The translations under genes were made by a program, and so were the position numbers. A stretch of 64,000 nt of DNA from Rhodobacterales bacterium (GTDB lineage Bacteria; Pseudomonadota; Alphaproteobacteria; Rhodobacterales; CAZPXZ01): contig CBDCUM010000010.1 in assembly GCA_965222665.1 (NCBI GenBank), positions 1,640,853 through 1,704,852 on the forward strand. Direction: 5' to 3'. Every line of letters begins with the position of its first letter. Position 1 is the stretch's first letter. Below, piece by piece: positions 10,081 to 23,057 of the stretch. A model generated the notes under the pieces. It was not told the origin of the DNA and made no database searches. It saw nothing but the letters and a program-made list of their open reading frames with translations.

Positions 10081-11895
10081 CCGCATCTGGCGAGCCATGT
10101 GCTCGGCCGCATCCTGCGGCGCTTGCCCCGGGATTTGGAGATGCGGTACGGGTTTCGTCCCTTGCTCGTGGAGAGCTTCGCCGATGCGGGCTACGATTGC
10201 ACCTGCCTCAGAGCGGCCAACTTCCTGTGCGTCGGCGAGACCACGTACCGTGGCCGTCAGGACCGGGAGAAGCGGCGCGGGAAGACGGTAAAGACGGTCT
10301 TCCTGTACGAACTGGCCCGGAACTGGCGGCAGAAGCTCGGGGTTTCGCGGGTCAACAACGCACCGGTTCTGGAACCGGGCGAGGGTCTGAACGCGGTGGA
10401 TTGGGCCGAGAACGAGTTTGGAGGAGCACCCTTGGGCGACAAGCGCCTGTCGGTGCGTCTGGTGAAGAGCCTGGGTCTGCTGGCGGCCTATCCGGGGCAG
10501 AAGATCAACGCCAACAGCGAAAGCGACAGCACCGCGATCAATGCATTCTACCGTCTGATCGAGATGCCGGCGGAGAGGGAAGTCACGGCGCGGAACATCC
10601 TGGCGCCGCATCGTGAGCGGAGCGTCCAGCGGATCCGCGCTCAGCGCACGGTGCTCGTGATCCAGGACGGCACGGATCTGAACTTATCCACCCCTCCGGG
10701 CTCTGACGGGTTGCAGGTGATCGGCGAGAACCAGACCGGAGCGAAGAGCCTGGGTCTGCACATGCACGCCACGCTGGCGGTTACCGATACAGGTCTTCCG
10801 CTGGGCGTGCTCAGGCTGGGCTTTGATCCGGCGAAGAACCGGTCTGCGGCGGCCGATGCGCGTCGGACGACCCGGCGTTGGCGCGACGGTTTCGCCGACA
10901 TTGCACGAGCCGTGCGCGAGGTTGGCGGCAAGACGCGCGTGATCTCTGTGTGCGATCGGGAGGCGGACTGCTTTGAACTGTTCGACGCACAGCGCCGCTG
11001 TCCACGGGTGGAAGTGCTGGTGCGCACGAGGCATGATCGGGTCCTCGGCGAGCGGCAGCCGAAGCTGTTCGCGACGATGAGCGGCGGCGCGCCGGATGGC
11101 CGGATCGATGTCGAGATCGACGGGCGGACGGCGCGGCCCAGGTCCAGCAAGAGGAAGGCACGGCCCTCTCGCCGCAAGCGCTTGGCGAACTGTGAATTGC
11201 GGCTTCGACGCGTCACGCTGCCGGCAACGGAGACCATGGAAGGTGTCGAACCGGTGACCGTGTCCGCGGTCCATATCGTGGAGACCACGCCGCCCGAGGA
11301 CGAGGACCCGGTTCAGTGGTTCCTGCGGACCACACTCAAGGTCGACGCCGCCAAAGAGGCGGCCGAAATCGTCGGCTTCTACCTTCAGCGCTGGCGGATC
11401 GAGGACTTTTTCCGGGTGCTGAAATCCGGCTGCCGGATCGAGTTTCTGCTGTTCCGCACTGCCGAAAGGCTGCAGCGGGCAATCACCATCAACGCCGTGA
11501 TTGCCTAGCGCATCATGGTCATGACGCTTCTCGGCCGCCAGGCACCCGATTGCGAACCGCAACTGATGTTCGCCGACCATGAACTCGACTTCCTGCGCGA
11601 CTATGCCCTCGAGAATGACCTGGCGACGCCGGACCGGCTCGGCGATGCCGTCCGACTCGTCGCCCATCTTGGCGGATATCGCGACCGCAAGCATGATCGG
11701 GCTCCCGGCAACCAGATCATGTGGCATGGCCAGACCCGGCTGAGCAGTGCCGCGCTGGGCCACCGAATCGGGTTTCGGACCGGCCAAAGGCAAGCACCGA
11801 GACAGAGCGAGTAGCCTGTTGTTATTTCACAATTATCATGACACGGTAGCCTTGGCCCTCAACCACATGCCGTGGAATTTCTTGTTACGGCGCAG
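10081..11895 (+). pseudogene. DUF4338-IS50-like transposase element remnant (copy 2), 5'-deleted with a premature stop
   Basis: HLASHVL...YGFRPLLVESF, WAENEFG, IQDGTDLN, CDREAD, RWRIEDFFRVLKSG; TAG at 11506-11508 replaces a conserved Trp and the frame resumes to 11814; right end position approximate. Confidence 0.85.
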
Positions 11896-12030
11896 GCTCC
11901 TGGGTCACCGCCGGGTCGAAACCACCGCACGCCACGCCCATCTCGCGCGCGGCGTAGGTCAGGAAATCCGCCGAACGGATCGCCACCAGGATCGCCACCG
12001 AATTCCTCCAGGCCCTTCAATTCCGGTTAC
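11896..12030 (+). pseudogene. Tyrosine integrase C-terminal remnant
   Basis: LLGHRRVETTARHAHL resembles the box II motif LLGH..V.TT..Y.HL. Confidence 0.6.
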
Positions 12031-12385
12031 GTGAGGCATGTTCATGCGTCAATTGCCAGAGTGGCCGCAGGCAGATGCAGAAAGCCCTCTAACCCGTTGG
12101 CCCTGAATACCTATTCTGAAAGACTGAAATCAGGGTTCGATACCCTATCATCGTACCGCAATCTGCCGGAATTGACTTCCTGTCCTTGGATGGCCGTCCT
12201 GGCCAACGCGTACACCAAAGGGCTTCCGCAACATCGCCAACGAACCGAGCGAAAACGATGTAGGCTGGAAACAGTTGCCGGTTTCTGGTATCTGCCGAAA
12301 ATTGACCGGTTCGCAAGAAACCGCACCTTGGCAAGCCATGCCCGCTTTGTCGATGACGAAAGACGGGAAGGGCAGAGGAAGTTGC

Positions 12386-13990
<1,605 letters not shown>

Positions 13991-14015
13991 CGATTCGGGA
14001 ACTGAAGGGGTAGCC

Positions 14016-14432
14016 ATGATCGACTATGACAAGTTCCGGTTGTCTCTGAAGCGCCTGGAGGAACAGCACGACAATCACCGGGAGTTGGACGACGCGTTAC
14101 CCGAGCTGATCCGTGAGGGCATCGCCGAGTCCGTCATCCAGCGCTTCGAGACCTGCTACGACTGCCTTTGGAAGGTGTTGAAGAGATACCTAAACCAGGA
14201 ACTGGGCATTGCCGAGCCACCCAACAGCCCCAAACCCCTCATCAGGCTGGCCCATGAGAACGACATGTTCGCGTCCTCGTTGGACCAGTGGCTACAATAC
14301 GCCGATGCTCGCGTGGCCACGTCGCACGATTACGACGGCGAGAAGGCGAAGGCCTGTCTCGAGTTGATCCCCGACTTCATCGACGACGCCATCGGCCTCT
14401 ATCAGACGATGACCTGTGAAACATGGGAGTAG
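14016..14432 (+). CDS. HEPN protein (HI0074 / nucleotidyltransferase substrate-binding family), predicted RNase toxin
   Basis: IQRFETCYDCLWKVLKRYL and RVATSHDY (RX4HXY). Confidence 0.88.
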   Translation: MIDYDKFRLSLKRLEEQHDNHRELDDALPELIREGIAESVIQRFETCYDCLWKVLKRYLNQELGIAEPPNSPKPLIRLAHENDMFASSLDQWLQYADARVATSHDYDGEKAKACLELIPDFIDDAIGLYQTMTCETWE

Positions 14433-16084
14433 ACCGGCCCATCGACGTCACCACCGGGCAGCGCAAGACGATCACGGCACTGCTCGAACAGTATCTGCCC
14501 GGCACGGCCGCCTGGGTCTACGGTTCCCGCGCAAACTGGACCTCGCATTCCCAATCCGATCTCGATTTGGTGGTATTCGCCGGACCCGGACAAGCCCGGC
14601 AGGTCGGCGACCTGCGGGAAGCATCCGAGGAAAGCGACCTCCCGTTCCGGGTGGACCTGTTCGTCTGGGATGAAGTTCCCGAGTCGTTTCGTCAGCAGAT
14701 CGAGGTAGAGCACGTTGTGCTTGTGCCCGCTCACCATGCGGGCCTCGAGGCGCAAGTACCGCGAGTGTCGGAAACATGGCCAAAAGTTCCATTTGAGAAC
14801 CTACTTGCTGAACCGGTTCGCAATGGAATTTGCAAGCCAAAGGAATTTCACGGTCGCGGAACTAAGATCGTAAACATGGATGAACTGTTTGCTCACCCGA
14901 GACTCTCTCCCGTGCCCATGAAGCGAGTGGAGCTTTCGGAATCCGAAGCGGGCCGATTCCTTGTCAAGGCAGGTGACTTGCTCTTCGCGCGCCGTTCGTC
15001 AGTGGCGGAAAGTGCTGGCAAGTGCTGTGTGGTCCTTGATGTTGACGAGCCGACTACCTTTGAATCCTCAATCATCCGTGCACGGCCGGATTTCACAAAG
15101 GCGGACTACCTTTATCTTTATTACTTTTTTAGCTCACCCTTGGCGCTACATCAATTTGACACAATCCGACGGCAGGTAGCGGTAGCCGGGATTGCTGGAA
15201 GAGACCTTTCGCAACTCCTGGTTCCGGTCCCACCCATTCCTCAACAACACACCATCGCCCGCTTCCTAGGCAGGCTAGACGACAAGATCGAGTTGAACCG
15301 TCACATGAACGAGACGCTGGAGGCGATGGCACGCGCTCTGTTCAAGTCATGGTTCGTCGATTTCGATCCCGTCCGCGCCAAAATGGACGGCCGCGACTCC
15401 GGGCTGCCGCGGCTCCTGGCCGACCTGTTCCCCGATAGGCTCGTCCACTCCGAACTCGGCCAGATTCCAGAAGGTTGGAAGATCTCGACAATCGGCGCGG
15501 AGGTGGACGCCCTGGGAGGCGCAACCCCTAGCACGAAAGATCCCGCGTACTGGAATGGAGGCCAGAATAATTGGGCTACACCGAAAGACCTTTCCAAATT
15601 GTCCTCTCGTGTTTTGTTAGAAACTAGTCGAAAGATCACCGACGCGGGTGTTGACAAGATTGGCTCCGGCCTCCTGCCGGTAGGTTCGTTACTCCTGTCT
15701 TCACGAGCACCCATCGGCTACTTGGCTATTGCCGGGAAACCGACTGCTGTAAACCAGGACTTCATCGCGATGGTCTGTGAAAAGCGTCTATCAAACCTCT
15801 TTGTCCTGTTCTGGTGTTACCAGAACCTCGACCACATTAAGAGTATTGCCGACGGTTCCACCTTCGCTGAGATTAGCAAGAAACTATTCCGCCCCATCCC
15901 GCTTGTCGTCCCGTCCAAACACATTCTCTCCGAATACGACAAGGTGGCTCGCCCGCTTTTTGATCAGATTGTCGTAAACGCGAAGGAATTGGAGATACTG
16001 ATCGATCTTCGTGACACACTCCTTCCCGATCTCATTTCTGGCAAGCTATGTGTGAAAGGCCTCCAGACACACTTCGCGAAGTAA
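14423..16084 (+). CDS. hsdS: Minimal nucleotidyltransferase (MNT) fused to type I specificity subunit
   Basis: First ~105 aa contain GSRANWTSHSQSDLD (GSX10DXD); then two TRDs with LDDKIELN..MNETLEAMARALFKSWF, IPEGW, LRDTLLP. Confidence 0.9.
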   Translation: MGVDRPIDVTTGQRKTITALLEQYLPGTAAWVYGSRANWTSHSQSDLDLVVFAGPGQARQVGDLREASEESDLPFRVDLFVWDEVPESFRQQIEVEHVVLVPAHHAGLEAQVPRVSETWPKVPFENLLAEPVRNGICKPKEFHGRGTKIVNMDELFAHPRLSPVPMKRVELSESEAGRFLVKAGDLLFARRSSVAESAGKCCVVLDVDEPTTFESSIIRARPDFTKADYLYLYYFFSSPLALHQFDTIRRQVAVAGIAGRDLSQLLVPVPPIPQQHTIARFLGRLDDKIELNRHMNETLEAMARALFKSWFVDFDPVRAKMDGRDSGLPRLLADLFPDRLVHSELGQIPEGWKISTIGAEVDALGGATPSTKDPAYWNGGQNNWATPKDLSKLSSRVLLETSRKITDAGVDKIGSGLLPVGSLLLSSRAPIGYLAIAGKPTAVNQDFIAMVCEKRLSNLFVLFWCYQNLDHIKSIADGSTFAEISKKLFRPIPLVVPSKHILSEYDKVARPLFDQIVVNAKELEILIDLRDTLLPDLISGKLCVKGLQTHFAK

Positions 16085-16406
16085 TGGCGATGACTATATC
16101 TGCTTCATGACCCTTCGCAATTCATGCAGCCCGCGACGCGTCCGCGAAAATCCGCGAGCCACCGCGGTCTCCGCACAGGGCGGCGGCATCACATGGTTCC
16201 GGTATCGAATACGCAATTGTGGGCGGTTACATCCTCCGGACGGCCAACAGTGCGGCAATCCAGCCCGAGGCGAAGAGCCACCGCGTTCGCGCCGTCATCC
16301 AGATTCCGCCGAGCTTCGTGTATTGCACTTGCAAGCGACCCTTCCGCGTAGAAGAGCAGACCGATCGTTCCGAACGCACATGCAATGCAATATCCTGCTT
16401 CGATGA

Positions 16407-17410
16407 ATGAGCTGGCACCCATCCCTGTCCAGGCGATCGCGTCGCCGCCTGGCCCGCACACGCCGTTTCCGCGCCAGCCGGCCTGGGCAGGGGGCAGGGG
16501 GAGCGGGATATGTCGCGGGTGACTTTCGGCCAATCTCGGAGTCGGCGGTCCCCATAACGGATCTGGGTTTCATTCGGGCGGACGCAGTCTACGACGTGGT
16601 GTCCGTCAACCGCGGACAGTTTTTCCGCCTTGACGATCACCAGGACCGCTTTGAACGGTCGTCCCCACGAATGCGGCTACGCCGACCCTTCGACCGTACG
16701 AAGCAGGCGGCAGTCTTGAATGAACTGGTAGCTCGCACGGGCCTGAAGGACGCATATGTCTGGTGGTGTGTGACCCGCGGTCCAAATCCGATCCGGCCAG
16801 CAGATCGGCTGTTCGCGGAACGCTTCCGGAATCGCTTCTACGCATTTGCGATCCCCTACGTGTTCATCAAGGATGACGCAGACCGGCAGGCCGGACTGCA
16901 CTTGCATGTCAGCGAAGACTACATCCGCATCCCACCCGACGCGGTAGACCCGACGCGGTAGACCCGCGCGCGAAGAATTTCCGCTCTCTCGATCTTGCCA
17001 TGGCGCTCATGGAGGCGGGTGATGCGGGTGCCGGCTGGAGTGTGCTGACGGATGGCGCGGGACATCTGGCCGAGGCGCCGGGAAGCAATATCTTCGTGGC
17101 CGGAAACGGGAGAGTGCGGACGCCTGATCGCGGCTGTCTCGAGGGGATCACCCGCATGACGGCGCTGGAGCTTGCAGCGGAGCTCGGCCTGAAGGTCGAG
17201 GTCGCGCCGGTCTCGGTCAACGAGTTGAAACAGGCAGACGAAGCCTTTCTCACGTCCACTGCCGGGGGCATCCTGCCCGTGTCAACCGTGAATGGCCAGC
17301 GGCTCTGCCAGGGAGCCGGACCGGTTTCGACCAGGATCCACAACCTCTACCGGGAGAAGGTCTGGGACGGATGGTACGGAACACCCGTCGACTACCAGGT
17401 CGCGCAATGA
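16407..17410 (+). pseudogene. Class IV (fold IV PLP) aminotransferase, (R)-amine transaminase-like, frameshifted
   Basis: PITDLGF.RADAVYDV, FFRLDDH, EAPGSNIF, LEGITR, STAGG; a 14-bp tandem duplication at 16935-16962 breaks the frame just before the catalytic Lys (DPRAKN). Confidence 0.88.
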
Positions 17411-17860
17411 TGGCGCAAGCGCGCGGCGGCTCCAGAATCTCGACGATGCTGTTTTCGGAATCGCGACCAAATGCGAACCGGGCTACGCTTGAGATCCGCA
17501 GTGGCAGGGCACGAGAGTCCATGCCCGCCGCGCGACGGTGCTCATGTTCCGCAATACGGTCGTCAACGGCCAGGCAGACATGGCTGAATCCGGGGTTGGC
17601 CACGGAGCGATCAGAATCCGCATGGACGATGGCGGGCCGGGAAAACTCGATGATCTCGATCGATGCCGCTCCGAGGCGCAGCATCACGAGCCGGCAGGCA
17701 CTTCGCTTCACACCCAGTCTTGCGTCAAATTCCTCCTCGCCGGGGCTCCAGCGGAGGGTACGCACCACCTCGCCAAGAAATGAGGTCCCGATTGAACGCG
17801 ACGAGCCGATCCGGATTCCGGGCCTTCAGGCCCATATGATGAAGCCCCGCGATCATGGCA
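17410..17860 (-). pseudogene. VOC/glyoxalase family protein, frameshifted
   Basis: IEIIEF, GFSHVCLAVDD, GRDSENSIVEILE; N-terminus in another frame. Confidence 0.7.
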
Positions 17861-17891
17861 AGGAAATGGCGCGCGTAAGGAGACATCCACA

Positions 17892-18749
17892 ATGACCGCA
17901 AACCGACTGGTTCTTCTTGGCACGAAGGGTGGTCCCCGACTGACCACCGGGTCGAGCTGGCCGTCCTCTTCGGTGGTCGAATTTTCGAACCGGCCGTATG
18001 TCGTCGATTGCGGCATCGGCGTCACCCGGCAATTCGTCGAGGCAGGCTATTCGCTCGCCGACCTCCATACGATCCTGATCACCCACTTGCATTCCGATCA
18101 TGTCCTGGAGCTCGGGCCGCTGCTGCACACTGCCTGGACGAGTTCGCCGAAGCGCGAGATCCGGGTGTACGGGCCTCCAGGTCTCAGCGCCATGGTTCGC
18201 GACTTCTTTCGGCTCATGGACCACGATGTGCAGATGCGGATCGCCGACGAGAAGCAGGCCGATCCGCAGGGAATGTTTCGAACGGCCGAGTTCACGGAAG
18301 GTCCGGTATTCGAGGATGATCTGGTCGCGGTGACCGCGCTACGGGTCGTGCATCCGCCGATGGACCACGTCTACGCCCTGAGGATCCGCAGCGCCGATCG
18401 CACCGTCGTGTTTTCTGCTGACACTTGTTACTTTCCGCCTCTCATAGAGTTTTCGCGTGGAGCCGACGTTCTGGTGCACGAAGTCATGCACCTTGAGGGC
18501 GCCAGGCGCATGTGCGAGCGTCTGAAGGACATCAAACCGAATCTCATGGCGCACATTATCGCCGCGCACTGCCCCGGAGACGATGTTGGGCGCATTGCCT
18601 CGGAAGCCGGCGTGGGTCGACTCGTCGTACAGCATTTCATCCCCGGCGACGACCCGGCGACCGGGATCGCGGAATTCGAGGCGCTGATCCGCGAGACATG
18701 GAACGGTCCCTTGACCATCGGTCACGATCTGGCGACCATTCCATTCTGA
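17892..18749 (+). CDS. MBL-fold metallo-hydrolase (RNase Z/AtsA-like)
   Basis: LLGTKGGP, VDCG, THLHSDH, FSADT, LVHE, H motifs. Confidence 0.92.
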   Translation: MTANRLVLLGTKGGPRLTTGSSWPSSSVVEFSNRPYVVDCGIGVTRQFVEAGYSLADLHTILITHLHSDHVLELGPLLHTAWTSSPKREIRVYGPPGLSAMVRDFFRLMDHDVQMRIADEKQADPQGMFRTAEFTEGPVFEDDLVAVTALRVVHPPMDHVYALRIRSADRTVVFSADTCYFPPLIEFSRGADVLVHEVMHLEGARRMCERLKDIKPNLMAHIIAAHCPGDDVGRIASEAGVGRLVVQHFIPGDDPATGIAEFEALIRETWNGPLTIGHDLATIPF

Positions 18750-19668
18750 TCCGTTTCAGCGATCCAGTTGGCATTCCGGGCTCGGCTGGCGCGCCCGGAC
18801 GGGGCATGAAGAATCGAGTAGCGACGGGTCCAGCCGAATGAAGGCGGATCTTCCTCTTGAGCGGAACCGAAACATCCGTGGCACAAGGGCGGCGACAGGT
18901 CGCCGCACGCAAACGCCGCCTCCATCGGCTGTGCGCAGACAGGTGGATCCTGATGCTCTTCGCGGGATGCATCGGTCGCCCCCAGCGCGGTATCCGACAT
19001 GCTGGGTGGCTGGCTTCGGCATCCCGATCGCTCCCGCTCGCCGCAGGGCGGGCAACGCCGTGAGAGGCGCCGTGACCCGTTCAGGCGGCAATGCGATTTG
19101 CGATGCAGTCAAGCGCCCGCGGGGACGCGCCCGGTTTCGAGCTGCACGTCATCCACACGCGGCGCACGGATTCCCGAGGCTGGCAACTGACGCATCTGGA
19201 AGTCGCAATCGAAGGCGGGGGACCGGCGACAATCAGGATGAGACTCTGGGCACACCGCGTGTGCGCCAACGCCTTCATGAACCGCTCGTACCGCATCCGG
19301 TCGACAAGATCCCGATCCTGAAACCCCTGGAACAGCAAAGGGAGCTGCGTTCGCAGCATGGTCCCGAGATCATGCGCCCCTGAACTCCGCCGCCGCGGTT
19401 TCGCGACGATCCTCTCAAACCAGGAAACATTCCCCGACCTCTCCCGCAACTACCGGGTGATCATCGGCGACACCCGATGGTCAGGAAGGTCCGTTCCATG
19501 CGGGTCGCCTCCATCAACCTGCGCAAGGGAGCCCGATACGGTGTGGACCACCGAAATTCCGGCGAGCGAATATTTCGGCAGACGGGGCTCCATGCCGCGG
19601 GCGCGGAAAACTGCCCCGCCGAGTCAACTCAACCGCCTCAAGGGTACAACGTCTGCCGATTGCCGACC

Positions 19669-20967
19669 CTACCCCGTCCAGTCGCGTACCCGATAGTACG
19701 TGGCCACGGCACCGACGCCCGCGGTGTGAAAGCGATGGAACGGGATTGTGGCAATGCGCTCCTGCAGCGGTAGCGGCAGCACCTCGTCGCAACCGGTGTC
19801 CAACCATTGCGCGATGTACTCACCCAAGGCGGAGTACAAGGCGACGCCCCGGCCGTTGCAACCCACAAGTGCCAGTCCGCGCGAGCCCAGCCGATGGAAG
19901 CGGGGCATGGAATCCAGTGTCATGGCGACGTAACCGTACCAGCGATGTGCAATCGCCAAGTCGCTCGCCTGGGGATAGAGGTGCCGGAGCATGCCTTCAA
20001 GCGGTGCGAAGCTGCGCGCTGACCGTGGCGTGCGAAAACTGGACCGTCCGCCGATCATCAAGCGGTTCTGCGGATCACGCCGCCAATAGAGGAGTAGCCG
20101 CCGCGTATCCGAAGCGCCATGCCCCGCGGGCAGGACCGTGTCAGCCACAGCGTCCGGCAACGGCGTGGTCGCCACCTGAAAACTGCGAACCGGCACAAAG
20201 CTGCGGACAAGTCCGGGCCATAGACCATCGGAATAGGCGTTGGTGAGCAAGGCGAGAGCGTCGCAAGTCACCGACGCGGTGCCTGTCGACACGCGCCACC
20301 GCTGGTTCTTGCGCTCGATGCGGGTTGCGCGAGATCCGGTGAAGAGGCCGACGCCGCGCTTGGCAGCCACGCCGGCTAGGCCGCGGACGTATTTCAACGG
20401 GTGCAGGGTGCCGCCGCGGCGATCGATCCAGCCGCCGACATAGGCATCGGATCCGAGCAATCGCGTCATCCCATCGGCGTTCAGAACCTCGACGGGCGCA
20501 CCGCGCCGCTCCCATTGCGCACAACGCCGCTCCAGCATGGCCAATGACCTTGTATCGACTGCCGGCTGCACGAAGCCGCCCCGGATGGCGTCGCAGTCGA
20601 TTCCGAGCCGGGCGTTCAGCTCGAAGGTCGCTGCAGCGGTACCGCCGGCGAAGGCGACAAGCGCCGGCGCTCGCTCAGGGCCGTAAACCGTTTCGATCTC
20701 GTCCGGGTCATACTTGATTCCCGGATTCACTTGCCCGCCGCTCAACCCCGAGGCGCCGAGTCCGATTTCGGCGGCGGCCTCGAGGACGACCACATCTGCG
20801 CCTCGCTCGGCAAGATGGATGGCGGTCGACAATCCCGCGTAGCCGCCACCGACGATCGCCACATCGGCGCTCGTATCGCCAGCAAGCCGGGGTGAGGCTG
20901 GCAACGGCGTGGCGGTGGCGTGCCACAGCGACGCCAGGAAAGGTGCTGGCGGTTCGGCGACGATCAT
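19669..20967 (-). CDS. FAD-dependent oxidoreductase (DAO/PuuB-like)
   Basis: DVAIVGGGYAGLS, GASGLSGG, GCNGRGVA. Confidence 0.92.
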   Translation of the reverse strand: MIVAEPPAPFLASLWHATATPLPASPRLAGDTSADVAIVGGGYAGLSTAIHLAERGADVVVLEAAAEIGLGASGLSGGQVNPGIKYDPDEIETVYGPERAPALVAFAGGTAAATFELNARLGIDCDAIRGGFVQPAVDTRSLAMLERRCAQWERRGAPVEVLNADGMTRLLGSDAYVGGWIDRRGGTLHPLKYVRGLAGVAAKRGVGLFTGSRATRIERKNQRWRVSTGTASVTCDALALLTNAYSDGLWPGLVRSFVPVRSFQVATTPLPDAVADTVLPAGHGASDTRRLLLYWRRDPQNRLMIGGRSSFRTPRSARSFAPLEGMLRHLYPQASDLAIAHRWYGYVAMTLDSMPRFHRLGSRGLALVGCNGRGVALYSALGEYIAQWLDTGCDEVLPLPLQERIATIPFHRFHTAGVGAVATYYRVRDWTG

Positions 20968-23051
20968 GGCGCAGGGTTCTCCGGCGGTTGGTCCGCAGCG
21001 CGTGACTCCTGCGGCGCCGGCAAGAAGACGGGCGGTACGGAGCGCAGGGTTTCCACAGGGATGTGGCAGCGAATAGCATGTCCCTTCGCAACCTCCCGAA
21101 GCGGCGGAGCCACGCGGTCACACAGGTCCCCCGCAAGCTTGCGTGGACAGCGTGAGGCAAACCCGCACCCACTGGCCTGTACCAACAGGCTCGGCGCTTC
21201 GCCTTGCAGTTTCATTCGACGTTGCCCGATTCCGGTGTCGACGACCGGCACGGCGGCGAGCAGGGATTCCGTATAGGGGTGGTATGGAGGCGCAAACACT
21301 GCGTCGACCGGACCGATTTCGACGATCTCACCGGCATGCATGACGATCACGCGGTCAGCAATGTACCGGACGATGCCGAGATCGTGGGAAATGAACAACA
21401 GCGCCGTGTTGTAGGCCTGTTGGGTTGCGAGCAGCAGCTCGATGATGGCGGTCTTTACCGACGTATCGAGCGCGGAGATCGGCTCGTCGGCGATGACGAT
21501 CGACGGGCGACCGGCGAAGGCGCGCGCGATGGCGACGCGTTGTTTCTGCCCCCCGGAAAGCTGAGACGGCAGCATGTCGGCAACCTCCGCCGGCAGGCGC
21601 ACCTGGTCGAGGAGACGCCACATCTCGATGGCACGCTGCTCGCGTGAACCGAAGTCTCCCAGCCGCGCCAAGGCACGCTTGAGCATGGCGCCTACCGTCC
21701 AGGCCGGATTGAGCGTACTGTCCGGATTCTGGAAGATCATCTGCACGGCACGAATCTGGTCGCTACTGCGACGGCGAGTCCCAAACCGGCCGACATCCCT
21801 GTCGCCGAGGAACACCTTGCCCTCCGTGGCGACCTCCAGCCCGATCAAGATGCGCCCCAGCGTCGACTTGCCCGACCCGGATTCCCCGACCACGGCGACC
21901 GTCTCCCCCGCCGAGAGAGCCATGGAAACGTCGTGGTTGGCCACGATCTCACGTCCACCAGGCAGGCGAAACCGCTTGGTCAGCGATTCGACGCGCAGTA
22001 CAGGCTGCTGTGCGTTTTCAGCCGGTGGCGCGAAGTGAGAGCCGGGGGGATCGGCATCGACGACAGGAGACCCATCCGGACGGAAGCAACGGACGAGATG
22101 CACGGACCCGGGGTCCGCGGCCTCAAGCAGGGGATTGGCCGCATCGCAGAGGCCGCCACGAGCACGCTCGCAGCGAGCAAGGAACGTGCACGCCCTGGGT
22201 TTCTCGCTCAGCCGTGCCACTTGACCACCGATGGCGTGGAGCCGTTGCACGCGCTTGTTGCCGTCGATCCGCGGCAGACAGGCCAGGAGGCCCCTCGTAT
22301 AGGGATGGCGCGGGTCCGCGAACAGGTCCTCGGCAGGCCCTTCCTCGACAATCTGGCCACCGTACATCACGCCAACACGGCCACAGATCTGGCGCACCAG
22401 CGCAAGGTTGTGCGAAATGAACAGGGCGGTCGTGCCATGCGAGCGCTGCATCGCGATGAGCAGGTCGATGATGTCACGCTCTACGGTAACGTCGAGCGCC
22501 GACGTCGGTTCGTCGAGCAGCAGCAGTTCGGGCTTGGCGAGGAACGCCATCGAGATGACGACGCGTTGCTGCTGCCCTCCGGAAAGCTGATGAGGATATC
22601 GCCGGAGCATCGTCTCGGGGTCGGCCAGTTGCACGTCGCGCAGGCTGTCGAGCACACGCCGGCGCGCCTCCACCGAACTCGTACCCCCATGGTGCGTCAA
22701 CACCTCGACAAGCTGAGCACCGATGCGCTTGGACGGGTTCAACGCGGTTGCCGGATCCTGATAGATCATGGCGATGCGATTGCCGCGCAGCCGTCGAAGA
22801 TCGCCCTTTGACAGCGCCGCGAGGTCGAGGCCGTTGAAACAAACCGAACCGGCTGCGATGCGACCGCGACGGCCCAGATGTCGCATGATTGCCATCGCGA
22901 CACTGGATTTTCCCGAGCCCGACTCGCCCACGAGTCCGTAGGTCTCGCCGCGTTGAAGTGCGAGGGACAATCCCGCCACCGCCAACACATCGGGGCCGTC
23001 TACGGCGTAACGGACTTCCAGATCAGCAATGTTCAGTACCGACGTCGTCAT
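20964..23051 (-). CDS. Peptide/opine ABC transporter ATP-binding protein (fused DppD/DppF-type)
   Basis: Two GESGSGKS Walker A and two LSGGQ signatures, HPYT C-terminal motifs. Confidence 0.95.
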   Translation of the reverse strand: MTTSVLNIADLEVRYAVDGPDVLAVAGLSLALQRGETYGLVGESGSGKSSVAMAIMRHLGRRGRIAAGSVCFNGLDLAALSKGDLRRLRGNRIAMIYQDPATALNPSKRIGAQLVEVLTHHGGTSSVEARRRVLDSLRDVQLADPETMLRRYPHQLSGGQQQRVVISMAFLAKPELLLLDEPTSALDVTVERDIIDLLIAMQRSHGTTALFISHNLALVRQICGRVGVMYGGQIVEEGPAEDLFADPRHPYTRGLLACLPRIDGNKRVQRLHAIGGQVARLSEKPRACTFLARCERARGGLCDAANPLLEAADPGSVHLVRCFRPDGSPVVDADPPGSHFAPPAENAQQPVLRVESLTKRFRLPGGREIVANHDVSMALSAGETVAVVGESGSGKSTLGRILIGLEVATEGKVFLGDRDVGRFGTRRRSSDQIRAVQMIFQNPDSTLNPAWTVGAMLKRALARLGDFGSREQRAIEMWRLLDQVRLPAEVADMLPSQLSGGQKQRVAIARAFAGRPSIVIADEPISALDTSVKTAIIELLLATQQAYNTALLFISHDLGIVRYIADRVIVMHAGEIVEIGPVDAVFAPPYHPYTESLLAAVPVVDTGIGQRRMKLQGEAPSLLVQASGCGFASRCPRKLAGDLCDRVAPPLREVAKGHAIRCHIPVETLRSVPPVFLPAPQESRAADQPPENPAP

Positions 23052-23057
23052 GAGGCC

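Noticed and set aside
9601-11508. MBL hydrolase-transposase fusion as a real protein
   Set aside because: Both halves are truncated, the metal motif is altered and there is a premature stop; best read as a deletion chimera
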